From Takakia lepidozioides (taxonomy: Eukaryota > Plantae > Bryophyta): 64,000 nucleotides of DNA. Below the pieces are notes generated by a model. The model was not told the origin of the DNA. It worked only from the letters and a program-made list of their open reading frames with translations, and searched no databases. The translations under genes were made by a program, and so were the position numbers. Within the stretch, counting starts at the first letter, position 1. Every line of letters begins with the position of its first letter. Where the stretch lies: the NCBI GenBank assembly GCA_030704615.1, contig CM060732.1, positions 20,460,001-20,524,000 on the forward strand, written 5' to 3'. Shown in pieces: positions 1-12,339 of this stretch.

Positions 1-59
1 TTAGGTTCTCTCTCTCTCTCTTTCTCTTTAGCTTTGTCTCCTCCAGTTTTGTTTGAATT

Positions 60-450
60 GAATGCTAAAACTTTGTCTTGGCTGAGTCTTCCGGTGTTGA
101 CACAGAAACTCAGTATATGTCTGATCCCTCTGTCAGGAATTGATGAAGTCGGTGGGGTGTTACGACATTTCCTGTGATAGAACATATGGCTGATTTTTGC
201 GATTACTCTTAGATTGACCTCCTCAGTTAGAATACAGCATCTTTTCTGGTTTCTTTCTTCTTCATGTTTTGTTTCCTCTTTATGTTCTGACTGGCTACTT
301 CACTTGATGGTTTGTCCTCTTTTTTGTTGTTTCTTTGCTCGTGCCTTTGTTATCAACTTGGAAAGTTCTCCTTCACCTTAGATGTGGCTTTCTCAATATT
401 TATTTTTGGTATCTTTTAACTGTGAGCTCAGAGTTTGGTAGGCTCTCACA
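60..450. repeat. Dispersed intronic repeat next to a (CT)n microsatellite; second copy at ~20885-21170
   Basis: aaaactttgtcttggctgagtcttcc...ccctctgtcaggaattgatgaa...tagattgac...gatgtggct...tgtgagctcagagttt aligns colinearly with 20890-21160. Both copies follow a (CT)n run. Confidence 0.7.
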
Positions 451-607
451 TATATACATATACATATATATATATATATATATTTTCTTCACCTTAGATG
501 TGGCTTTCTCAATATTTATTTTTAGTATCTTTTAACTGTGAGCTCAGAGTTTGGTAGGCTCTCACATATATACATATACATATACATATATATACATATA
601 TATATAT
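371..607. repeat. ~117-bp tandem duplication, each copy ending in an (AT/ACAT)n microsatellite
   Basis: cttcaccttagatgtggctttctcaatatttattttt..tatcttttaactgtgagctcagagtttggtaggctctcacatatatacat occurs at 371 and at 487. Confidence 0.9.
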
Positions 608-680
608 TTGTATGAATGGGTACACCTAGATTTAGCTGAAGTTGCAAAGCAATGATTTCTGAGGAGCACTTTCTACGCAG

Positions 681-3600
681 GGTGACAATGTTAGATGCTG
701 TCTCTATTGGTTGACATACCAAAAGGTTCTAAGTGTATCACGGCCTTTTCTCTTTGCTGCTAATTTGATGGATATTTATGTGGAGGTGCAGCGGGAGACC
801 ACAATGGGGCAGAGGGCAATGCAGTACCTGCTGGGGCTTGCTTCATTTGGGAACAACCGGCCTACATCTTCTGGTATCACCTCTTTTCTCTCTGTTCAAA
901 GCTTTACAAGCCAACTATGGAAATTACTGAAGTTACTGAATATACTTCCATGCAGTCACCTGGTAGTGTAACATTCCTTGTTTTAGCATACCTATGTCAG
1001 GCTGAGCTGTGAAATGTTGCAAGGAGAACTTGACAAACAATAGATCTTATGCCATTATCAGTCAGTAATTCGGTGGGGTTGCCCATAAGTGATGATAGAG
1101 ACAGAAGAGAGTCCAGAGAAGCTCCGAGGGGCCTAATTCTAATGCTCTGCCAGATTCATGAAGTGTTTGCCTTGCTATGTCCGGAGACGGAGTGCCTTAT
1201 GCAGGCATGCAGCTAACCATTTGGACTGACGACCTTTGGCAACAAGCAGTCTCTGAAAAGACAGTAGCTCCTCGTTACTGTGCAATATATTGGACAGGAG
1301 AAATAGAATTGGTCTTATGTCTGCCCTTCATCTCACATATTGGACTAGTCCTTTTTGTTGAGATAAACTATGTCACCTGCTTGTGTCAAACCAGAGATTT
1401 TGTAAACTAACTCTCAACGGCCCAACACCTGCTGGGGGAATGTGGAAATGTGGTGAACAATCCAAAAGCGATGAAAATGCTATAGTAGGGTTGTGAAGGA
1501 GAATCACAGAGAGAAAGCGCAAGGGTAAAAAATATGAGATAAATGCATTGCATGGAATCGTACTGTTATTTCATTGTATGGGAGTGGTCCAGCAGGAAGG
1601 ACAGGTGGCAGACATGGAAGAGGGGAGGTGTGGCAGTCCGCCTACAAAAGGCTCTCCATCCAACCTGCCAAACCTGGGCAGGAGCTTGCTGGGCTCTGGA
1701 GTGGAATATATGGTCCGCATGGCCTTGAAATTGTCACTGTTTCCTACACCAATGAGCACATAGTTGCTACTAAGGTTTTGGGTATATACTCTCTCTCCTC
1801 TCTTTCTATCTCCAGTCTCTCCCTGCCCACTAGGTAGTCTACTAAATGGGTGAACTTGATATGGGAGTAGATTAACGTCTCTGTGACCAAATGCGGGCCT
1901 TGTGACCCCTCGCCTATGTTTGTTTGACCTGAAACAGTTTGCGGTAGTGCCTTGTGATTTAGAGAAGGGGTCCCCTCCTTACACAGGCCATTCCCTGCAG
2001 CTCCTATGGAGTGATTATCCCTGAATGGTAACGAGCGAATCCCTACCGCTTGGGGGCAGCTTCAGTCAAAGTGGGCAGGTGCATGCTCTGGCTTGCATGC
2101 TGCTAGGGTATGCCCGTGTTTAAATCTCTTAACTGCTATAAATACATATCATTTTCCAGATAATGCTCCTATTCCCCAGGGTGATTGCTGGGAGCTGGTT
2201 ACTTATGCCAAAACTGAGCTTCTTGTGTAGTTTTCGGGGTGAATCTCAGGATGGACATCATGTCCTTAAAAACTACTTTCTCAAGTTTAAGCTTGGAGCA
2301 TCTGGCTGATGGCACCATCTCAAGACTCGGTAACTTGGTGCATTGAAGGTGATTATGTGTCACTAGACTGAAATTTAAACTCGGGGCGGGGAGTCTACCT
2401 TTGACCAGTAAACAGATGCAGAGAATAAAGGGAGATTGTCAATGCCCAATGTGCAGGCAGCCTGAAGACAATATCCATTTTCTGATACCCTTTTCGGATC
2501 GGAGTATTCCCATCTGAGAGCAGCCCTCTTCAGGACCATCGACCCTTCACCTCTGTAGTTCATGTTTCTTTGAGGACTAACAATTGTCTCCTGAGTGCAT
2601 GAAAAGCTACCTAGTTAGACTTGAGTGTTTCCAGGATTTCAATGGCAAATGGTCATGAAACCAGTTGTTTAGCTGTATTTCTGGAAGGATAAAATCCTTT
2701 CATCTTTGCTTCTCATGGCTCTCCTTGGAGCCTCTCTGCTCCACTTTAAGAGGCCTGCTGAGACCTTCACTTCTTTTCTTTCTACTCCATTTTCAATCTG
2801 GAATGCATAAGCTCCAGTGAGTCAAATTCTTTGTTCTGCAATTTTTCCTGCAGGAGATCCCAATGTGCCATGTGGAGAGGTCACATTCAAAGTGAGCATT
2901 GCTTCTGAGTCATTTGACATACCTGCCAACTGGCAGCAAATGGCTGCCTTACTTCCTGTAACCTCTGGCAGCAACAATGCGGTCAAGCTTGCTAAAGTGT
3001 AAGCACAGGCAGCCATTTAGATGATTGGACCAATTGTTTTCTCCTGTTTTCTGAGAAAGTTTAAATCTGAGGTTTTATTGATGGCATGTTGAGAATAGGC
3101 TCTCTTTCTGTGCAAACTTGGGGTGGGGTCTCTGGTCACAAGGCTACAGCAAACGAAGTCTTATTAGTACATTCTCACTCTCTCTCTCTCCCTCTCTCTC
3201 TCGTGCTAATTCCTTTCCATGAGTTCATACCTTTGTATGCAAATCTCCCATAGTCCTGCTCCAGTAGGGTGGGCATCAATTCTGCAGTGACAGTCTCTGC
3301 TTCTCTACCCTCCATTATGTTTTTGTCTTTTCATTGTCTTCCATCAAGGCTCCCCTTGTCCAGTTCTATCTCTCACAGCAACGCCTCTTATGTATTCTCC
3401 TTTACGCACTCTGGTCTCTTCCCTCCACAGCTATTGTATGCAGATAGGTGATATGTCTATTGAGAGACCCTACCATGAGGTTTGCAGGTACCAAGGGCAG
3501 GGACGCATTGCGGGCTTTAATTTTCAGGATCCAGAGTGGGTTTCAGGGCATCTCCTGGTGGACAATAGAGGGAACATGTCCCTTATGTGGGAAAACAACT

Positions 3601-3707
3601 TGAATATCCAGTTCCAGCGTTTTGATCTTCCAACCCTGTATGCCACTCAGAAGCATAGGGAAGCTTTGTTCCAAGCACCGGGTCCCAGTGAACTACAAAG
3701 ACCTTAA
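681..3707 (+). CDS. 3' part of a spliced gene for a DUF3506/Cyclin_D1_bind-domain protein (EXECUTER / FBXO31 / plant F-box-type C-terminal domain); 5' end lies upstream of the window
   Basis: Phase-consistent GT-AG exons at 681-725, 792-873, 1593(or 1596, NAGNAG)-1781, 2854-2998 and 3488-3707 (TAA). The spliced product reads ...GLWSGIYGPHGLEIV..IVATKVLG|DPNVPCGEVTF..KLAKV|YQGQGRIAGFNFQDPEWVSGHLL.., the characteristic motifs of this domain. Confidence 0.85.
2340..2640 (+). mobile_element. Decayed 3' fragment of the LINE family at 27.4-33 kb (intronic)
   Basis: cactagactgaaatttaaactcggggcggggagtctacctttga...cctgaagacaatatccattttctgatac matches ~31770-31900. Confidence 0.8.
3090..3200 (+). mobile_element. 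Extreme 3' end of the same LINE family with its CT tail (intronic)
   Basis: ggtcacaaggctacagcaaacgaagtcttattagtacattctcactctctc matches the LINE terminus at ~32200-32250. Confidence 0.75.
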
Positions 3708-5456
3708 TGGTCAAAATTATGAACACTTTATACAGGGATGGCTTAGGGCCTGGACTTGCATATTCTCAACAGCTCTTCATGGGCAACTCAACTCTGTGTA
3801 GCCATTAGGTGGTGGAGCATTTCATTCAAGAATTTGTAGGTGTTGTCTGTGAAAGACGTCCAGCTTTACCGGTGACAGGAATTCCTCTACACATTCGTGT
3901 ACGTTAGGTTTGTGGCTAGAGCTGCTGGAAGGCCAGCTCCAGAAAATTTCTTGACTAGAGTAGCTTTGAGCTGGTGTAGCTAGAAACTGGCATGGGATTT
4001 TCCAAATCAACTGAAACCAGCTACAACCAGAGGGCCAGGCTACTGTATTGCAAGTGAGCAAGCTTTTTGGAGAGCAATGAATTTGGTGGACATTGGTGCA
4101 AGTCAGAAAGCTCAGGGGGTTTGTCGGTTCGAACAGTTTTGGATGGTCAGAAAGTAATCACTGCAATGTTTCATGGCTGGAGCTGGCTTTAGGCTATGGC
4201 TGTGTGGTGGTAGCTTGCAGTTGCATCTTTCACTTTGTCCAGTAATTTTTCTGTATAACATTTTGGTCTTCACTTGGTAAGATGTTTTTGGCCTCCAACT
4301 GGCAGGAGCAGGAGTGTTGCTTTGTGGGAGAGAAAAAAGAAAAAGAAACTTGAAAACTCTCCTGGATGCCCAACAAACGGATGGTGTACCAAGAGGGAGA
4401 AGAACTAGAATTTGTGTGATGACCAGTGGAGGCCCAGCAGACTGCCAAACGGAACTTTGAGATGGCATTGAAAACCACAACAATGTTCGATTGTTACTCA
4501 AAAGTTCGTAAAAGTCTGTGTAAGATGGAGGATGAAGCCCAAGCCAAGGAAGCTATGGGGCCTGTCACAGGACTGCATCACAATCAAAGAAAGCACTACA
4601 ACCACGCCTGAGTTACTGATGAGTGCTGTCGGAGCTTGCTGATCTGCAGCTTGATATATAACTAGTAATCTTTGGGGCGGACCCAAAATCAATCTTCGAG
4701 GTAGTCACCTGAATTGCCAATTGCATAGAGGAAACACTGAAACAGGTGACCAGTTTACTTCTACTATGATAAGTGTCTTCCGTTTGGGTCTTGTAAGATG
4801 TTTCCTGGGGTATAAGCCTCCCCGGCCTTTTGAGTGCTTATTTTGTCCACTCCCTGCAATCTCAGGGCCTCCTCACCCTTATAAAAAAAACAAAGAGAAA
4901 AAAAGATGTTGCCTAGTCGCCAACTTGAGTCTGGCGGGGCAAGATAGTGAATAGTTCTTGGTTTACTAGTCATCACTAGGGCATCACTACCGTTAAAACC
5001 GTTGCAGTTCAAATGCGGAGCCCTGGAAGATCAGGGGAGGAGTAGGGAGTTGGGTTTTTTCTAACTAGTGTTTCCTTTGTGATTGATCTGGGTGTTGTCG
5101 TTTTCCTCGTAGGTGAGGAGAAGAAGAAAAAGAAGACGGCGGAAATCAGTCTACGGAGTGCTCCGAGAGGAAGAATCACACACTGATGTGGGCATTGGTC
5201 ATGTTCCAAGAAGGATAGAATTCTATTACGTCCTCACAGAGACCTAGGCCGAGAGATGGACCGGGGTAGCGGAGGGCCAAAGCCGTCGAAGGACGATTTC
5301 TTTGTCTGGTTTTCCAAATCTTCGTAATAAAGCGCAACGTTAAATGGAACCAACGTGACCTTCACCCATTTGAGATAGCACAGGTTTCTTGCGAGTGACC
5401 GTCCTCCATCCCTGCACATTTGAGCCCCAACCGAGAACTGTCAGTATTTCTGAAGA

Positions 5457-8400
5457 ATGGAGTTCTCATCTCGGAAGCCTTTGCAGGCCTCTGGGGCGGC
5501 AAATAGTGAACAAGGTAACCTGAGAAGGAAGAAGAAGGGGTCTCTCGGTGGTCTATGTGACGAAGACAAGCGCAAAGTGGCCAATCTCGTTCATCAGGTG
5601 AAGATGAAGAGGAAGTAGATTTGTTGTGCATAAGAAGGAAGCTTGCAAGGCCTAAAGAAAGTTCCAAATGTGGGGATTCTATATCATACTGAGACCCACA
5701 GAGAACAGGGAGATCAGTCCCAACTTTTCTTGTGCTTCCAGTGGTCTTTGAGATTTTCCTCGACATTCTGGGGGTTTGCTGTCTAGAACTCACCTCTTCT
5801 CTCTGTTTCTCCCTGGCTGTCTCCCTCACTGTAATAGGTTGTGGGCTTTGCAGGTGATCTACGCCCTCGGAGAAATAGATCGGTTGTGTAAGTTGCTAGA
5901 AACCGAACGTGCAATACATGCATCACAAATGACCAAGCTACGCCTTCAGAACCATGAAATTGCTGCAGAGGTTTCCAATATCCTTCAAATCACGTTTAGT
6001 TTACATACGTACTGGGCATTCAGGGCAAGAGCAGACTCACAGTGACTTAGTAGAAATCTTTGACCCCGTGTTCTCTTTTGTCCACCGATTACTTCATCGG
6101 TACTCCTGGCAAGAAAACACTTCTAAAACGATATCCCACACACAAAGAGGTAGCTAGAGAGACAGACATGGAGATGGAGGTGCCTATCTGGGTTGTTTTC
6201 CCTCCCCCTCATGAAATGGAAAATAAACCCAGAAGGATTTTCTTGGCTTGCCAAGATATGGCGTTGTACTGAACACACCAATTGTGCAAATATGCTCCTT
6301 TCCTAACTCAAAATGAAATCATCACACACTAGTTCTTTTAGTCTCTTGATGTGATTTCTCTCTAAAGTGAATGAGAAACGAAATGAACTGGTACTGTATA
6401 ACCCCCGTGAAAAGAAAGATAGAAAAGAAGGAGAAGCACACTGTATTGTCCACAGGAAGAAAGAATTAGGGGTTGGTGCAAAAGACATAAACTTAACCTG
6501 GCAGCATCAGTACATCTGCGGTTGAAAGTCTCGAGTCTCCAATATCTTCCTCCAGGCCACCATGCCAGAGTAAACCCACTGCTCTATACCTGGTATAGTC
6601 ATCACACTGTTGCTTTCTTGGCTCTGCCTTTATATTTGCTGTTTGTTAGTCAGCAAATGTATGTTTCTCTCTCACACCCTCTTTCAACATGAATTCTGAA
6701 AGTTTTGATTTTCAGCTGAATTCTTCACCATCGTCACTGGTATGATGCCTGCCAGGTGTCCTCCCTTCAAGGGTATCGTATCTCGCCCCTTCTCTCTCCA
6801 ATCCAGGAAGACAAAGACCAGGAGCCTGAGAATGAGACACCATGCAATTCAACATGCGCAGCAGATGCCAAGCAGACGAAAGCAGTCGACACAGCTCATG
6901 CAAACAGAGAAAATGAGCTTGCAAGGTTGCAAGAAATGTTCGGGAACATGGAAAGGGAGATCTTGGGAGAGATTACCAATGAATCTGTTCAATCAGACCA
7001 GAGGGAGTTGATAACCATGGAAAGATTTCCCGTGGAGCAAGCATGCACTTCAGGAGCAGACTTGAGAGAGAGAAATGTCTCACCCAATTTGAGGTTTCGG
7101 CTCAAACAAAAAGAAAATTTGAACCCTGAGAGAATTGGACAGGGGGGCAGTGGCAGGAAGACAGTGGAGAGGGGGAGTGAAGCAGATACGGCTACTCGGT
7201 CACCATGGTCATCACCCCCAAGGAACATGGGCATCCCACTTGAAGCATCTGGAAACCACGTCCTGTCCTCTTCCCAATCAACAAACCCTTCTCAAATTCC
7301 TCCAGTTCTTGAGTTTAGCTCGAGTGCCTTCTGCCCGGTGGTAAGCAAGTCAGCACCCATGGAGACTTTGAAGACTCCATGCAATACCATGTACACAGAG
7401 GATGCACAGAAGGTGAAATTTTCAGCAGTTGCCACAGGTCATAAAAACACAGTCAATGAGCTTGCGAGGTTGCAAGAGATATTTGGAAACATAGGGCAGG
7501 GAATCTTGGGAGAGATTTCCAATGAATCTGCTCAGTCAGATCAAGGCAGGAGAGGGAGCATGGAGAGATATGCTGCGGAGCTACTGAGCACTTCCAGGAC
7601 AGACTTGAGGGCCAGTGGCAAGAAGGAAGTGGAAAGGGGGTCTGAACCAGTTCCAGGCATCCAATCCCAATGGTCCTCGGCCCCAAGAACTACTAGCATC
7701 CTACTGGATGCCCAACAGAGTCAAGTGGTGTCCTCTTCAAACCCTCCTATTCAGCATCCAGCTCCTCATTTTTGTGTGAGTGACCAGACCCCTGTCATGA
7801 ACGAGTCACCACCCATGGGAACTCCTTTACAACAGCCAGTAGGCGCAACCTCTGTTCCCCTTAAAGCTGTGGTGTCACAAGGGAATGCATCAGTTGCCAA
7901 ATTGAGGTTTGATCCATCTATGGGGGAAGATGGTGTTTTCTACTACACCTCCTGCAAGGATCAGCCAGAGGAGCATAGCGACCCAAAGAAGAAGGAAAAT
8001 CAGAATGCAGCTGGGCAGAGCTGGGAAAGAAGAGAGAGGCTGGAGAGGGGACCTGATATCAATCATTCTACAGACAGACGAATTGAGAGAGATGAGCAGA
8101 AGATATTGCAGCCAGGCGGATCTATTGCTAAGACTTTGGCAGGTCAGAATTCTTCCCAGTGCCAAGGAGATATCTTCAAGGATCCTCCCATTGATGACTA
8201 TCCCGGGTTTGCCACAGATGTCTCTAACAACATTGACTTTGACTACCTTGACTTCGACTACCCTGTAGAGAGCAATGTAGAGAGCAATGAACTTGGGATG
8301 CATGACGTGGCCTTACACAGGGATTTAGGAAGGAGTTTCATTTTCCCTATCGTCTTGCCTAAGTCCCACCAGGGGATGGGCCTCAAATGCAATACTTGTG

Positions 8401-8771
8401 GGGCTCCAATGGATACACGGGAGGCAAAGCAAGAGCAGCAACCAAGAGCAGGTAATACAAAACCCCATAAAAACCAAGATGTCCATGTAGTATCAAGCAG
8501 TAATCAAAAATATTCCGAGTGCCATGCGACAGTCCAATCTGTAAGGCATGGGCGGGCCATAGCAGGTTTGGGAGAACCAAGACTCCAGAACCTGTATGAC
8601 ATCTCTCTCCTTGACCTTGTCAATGAGCTGGAGATGGAGAGAACAAATGGGGTATCTGAGAAGAAAATTCTTGGCAGTGGTTCCATATCAAAAGCCAACA
8701 TGGGTGAGAGAGCTTCCAGTGGGAGTAAAACATCCATGAAGGAGCAGAGGTTGGTTGATGGGTTCCGATAG
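5457..8771 (+). CDS. KIAA1328/hinderin-like protein (N-terminal coiled coil, long low-complexity body with an internal duplication)
   Basis: Proposed exons 5457-5597, 5854-5970 and 6756-8771, all phase 0 and GT-AG. The N-terminus reads SLGGLCDEDKRKVANLVHQ|VIYALGEIDRLCKLLETERAIHASQMTKLRLQNHEIAAE and the C-terminus contains YDISLLDLVNEL. Both resemble hinderin motifs recalled from memory ([20 protein letters not shown]...; YETSLLDLV). The 671-codon last exon is open. Confidence 0.65.
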
Positions 8772-10193
8772 ATCGGATGTGTGAACCTTCACGTGGGCCC
8801 TGGCTGTTGGTTCTTATGGCCCGGTCTGTATGACATTTTCCGTGGATCTGAACCAGTTCAAGATCTAACCACAGCTTCAAAATTGGTGACTACCTACACT
8901 TGTTGACAACCTGCATTCAGATGAGAGTAGGCTGATTACTCCAATTTCACATAAGACAGTTCTCGGTAGTTCCCTATTTCACGATTAGGTACTACCAATC
9001 TTACTAGGGTCCAAAAGCAATTCATAATTCATTCTCAAAACATGATGCAAGGCCTTCACATTCCAATTTGATGAGTGAGAGGCTCCTTGGCACAGAGCAG
9101 ACACTAGCAAAAGGAATTTACTGATTGAAACTAGCGAAACAGTTCAGCATGACAAGGGTCAGTAGTAGGGCCAGTTAAAGAAACTCAAGTGAACATAGAA
9201 TGCCAAAATCGGCCGTGAAGACTTCCAAAGACAGTTTGGGGACTTCATACCTTGGTTGTTGCAAGGTCAAGTGGTAGAGTGATACCACTCAACCATGATG
9301 TCAAATGTAAAACAGGACGTGGACTATCTTGGTCATGCTCTCACCAGGATGTCCTTCTTAACACTTCCCATAATTGCATAGCAACTAATGATCAACAACA
9401 GCAAACAAAGCCACTGAAAAACCTGCAAATGGAAGAATTTTATCTCTGATGACAAGCACCCAGCGTTGTGTTCGCATCCTTCCTCATGTGGTTTCCATTG
9501 AATTTGAAGGAGACTCGCATTGCTCGTGACTAAAATTTCTGCAAAATTTCTGCAAAACTCCCAAGAAAAAGTACGCTCGCAAGCTCGGGCTGCAAATGGA
9601 AGTGCAACTCCTCCACTACACGAAAGTAACACCAAAGGCAGTTGCCCGGTGATGCTGACAACTTCCAAGTAGAAACTAATGGTCTCTTCTCTACCTATAT
9701 TTTTTCAAGCCCGATTAGACAACCCGGCGCCCTCTCTAGGTGTCCCTAGCATATTCGCATCATAGGATTTGTACATAAAACACAATGTGGCGAACGACTG
9801 CATTTCGTCATGAGAGGAGACCGCCTGTCAGAAAAGCTACTGCAGGAAATCTCGCGCACCCTGAAAGCCACAAAATGATACATAGAAAGAGAATGTTGCT
9901 GTCTTCATGTTTCAGATACATACAACAGAAGAGAAATTTTCTCCTTAGATCGTCAAACCAAACAATACAGTTGTTACAATTGTATAGTGCACTTTAATGT
10001 TTTCCACATTCTACACATCCCGTAAGGTCGCACCAAAACAGCCGAGCGGGTTCGAGTGTAACCGGCCCTCAGCTTCGACAGTGGAAAGACCGCACAGCGG
10101 CATTCAGCTCTAAACATCAGTGAAGGACCGATCTCTTGCCCTGCAAGCTACCAGATCTATAGAAACCATTCTTTTGAGATTTGCAAGAAAGAC

Positions 10194-10787
10194 CTAGTAT
10201 CTGGACATTTCCTGTGACGGGGGTGGCGCGATTTCACGTGGATTTATCTTTCCATCCCTCTTGTCCAGCTCCAACTTGTGCTGCGTCTGAATGCAGGCGC
10301 ACACAGTACAGTAAGAGATGTCCGCAATACGGTCCGTGACCAAGGCAGCCTCATCGATGAAAGGTACATTCGTCAGCGAAGCCACCAGCCAGCAGATGCA
10401 GTTGAGATACTGCGCATAGAACATACTCGCAATAATGCAGTTATCACATTTGGTGTTCTGGATCTGCATCGCATCCTGCAGCATGAACCTGGTGGCCGAT
10501 ACCGACAAGGTGAAACACAATGTGGCCTCCACTATAGCGCAGAATTGTGGGCAGCTCTGCTCCCCACACGACCCACTGCAGGGCATCCCCCCTCCACAAC
10601 ATTGGTACCGCGACCAGTCATTGTACAACACCCTCCCCCGCAGCCCATAAGCCGCACAGCAGGGGCACAACATGCTGTACAAGCAGAAGAGCGTGTCGTC
10701 GACTGGCGCACTCATCAGCGGCGAATGCCACATGTTTGGCAAGCCCTTCCTTGCCTCAAACACCTGTGCATTCTTCGAATACGCCAT
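10194..10787 (-). CDS. PLAC8-family cysteine-rich membrane protein, intronless (197 aa from the ATG at 10787)
   Basis: NMWHSPLM...LCPCCAAYGLRGRVLYNDWSRYQCCGGGMPCSGSCGEQSCPQFC...RFMLQD..IQNTKCDNCII...YCTVCACIQTQHKLELDKRDG closely matches the conserved plant PLAC8 subfamily. Confidence 0.92.
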   Translation of the reverse strand: MAYSKNAQVFEARKGLPNMWHSPLMSAPVDDTLFCLYSMLCPCCAAYGLRGRVLYNDWSRYQCCGGGMPCSGSCGEQSCPQFCAIVEATLCFTLSVSATRFMLQDAMQIQNTKCDNCIIASMFYAQYLNCICWLVASLTNVPFIDEAALVTDRIADISYCTVCACIQTQHKLELDKRDGKINPREIAPPPSQEMSRY

Positions 10788-12339
10788 CGCCCACCCCTCC
10801 CACAGCGAGATCTTACTTAGCCCCAGGAGGGATTCTTCCCTCTCTCTGTCTCTCCCTCGCTCTGTCTCTCTCACGATCGCTTCATGCGGTTTAAAGAAAA
10901 GGATCGGAGGTGGATGAAGAGCTCCTCGGATGCATCAGCGTGGATGAACAAAGAACGATGTAGAGGAGAGAATGGATGCCATGTAGGTGAGCGTAAGAAG
11001 GATGAACCTCTGTAATCGTGGACGGCATAGTCGAATGAACGTGATTCTGTGATGGATGGATTCACGACAGTATTTGTCGCCTTGCGACACTCTGCTAACG
11101 CGTCTTTGCGTAGCTAATCTATCTTCATCCTTCAAAGGCTGGGATTGGATGAAGGTTTGCATCCGACGATCAGGATCACAGAGACCGAAGCGTCCGCTTC
11201 GCCGACACTTTCAATGGCGGGAACCCTCCGGTCCGAAGATAATTCTTTCGCATGACATTGTGAGACCTTCGGTTAGTGGTAATAGTCGGTGGATAAACCA
11301 GCGCACTGATTGTCTATAGTGTAGGAGGCTAGGTATGGTGCACTACGATGATTTGGACAAGTTGGTGCGAAAGTCCCTATTGCCTAAGGACTGAGTTAGG
11401 ACGCGGTGGGATGAGCCCACTCTGCCTCCTCTCTTGCAACGGTGGGGCTCAACGTTGTGCATGTTTCCCACAAATTGTTTTGCGTGAAGTGTGGTAGCGC
11501 CCCTAGTCGGTAACGAAGGTGAGCGACTATGAGTAGTAGTGGGACCCACGTTGGTGGTAGCGAGAAAGATGACTATGGAGCGGCGCATGTAGAGGTGCCT
11601 TACGAAGCCCGGAAGATTGCGGTGGGCCCTTCTCCTTCTCCTGGAGTAAACATCGAGAAGAGGCAGCGACGGTAATAGCCACTAGGCAGCAGTGACGGTA
11701 ACAGCCACAAGGCAGCAACGACGAAGGAGAGCGCAATCCAATGACAGCACTCCGATCCAGCGTCGAGCGAATAGGGTCGACATAGCAACTTCAGCAACCA
11801 TGTTAGCATACGACCAGCCAGGACAGGAAGATGCTCCCGCATACGTACTGCACGTACCAGAGATAATGTTTTCGTGCGATCCCCAGTGTCGAGGTCATGT
11901 TCTCCCTTAGGAGTAGCAGCAGTGTCTATAGCTTGCCCCAGCTGGTGGTATCACCCTCACCCCAACCCCATCAGCAGGCCAAACTCCAGTGGTGGTGACG
12001 GACAACGGTTTGCCACAACACCAGTCGAAACGCGTTTGTCTCCTTTAGCAACCATCCATCTCCGACCCTCTCCAATAGGACCACTTGCTTGCGCCTGAAG
12101 ATCAAACAGAGGTGCATAGTCCCAACACTGCCTTACTTCCACTCTATCTCTGGCTACGTTTGGAGTCCCACAGAAGCCACCTTACCACCGGTTATCCACT
12201 TGGCTTAAGACAACTGGTCCATGCTCACCCTCCTTCTGCCCCTGGACCTTCCATTTTGTCGATTCCTCCAGCTGTGTCACCCGGCCCTCCCACGGCTCCA
12301 CCCTTTCCACAACCACCAGTTGGTCCTACTACAGAACGT

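Noticed and set aside
80-160. Hammerhead ribozyme / Penelope-like repeat (tgatga motif in the dispersed repeat)
   Set aside because: I could not build the conserved core and stems in either copy.
4112-4692. Short ORFs between the first two genes
   Set aside because: No recognisable motifs or consistent splice model.
10278-10917. Plus-strand ORFs of 71-180 aa
   Set aside because: Antisense shadows of the PLAC8 CDS.
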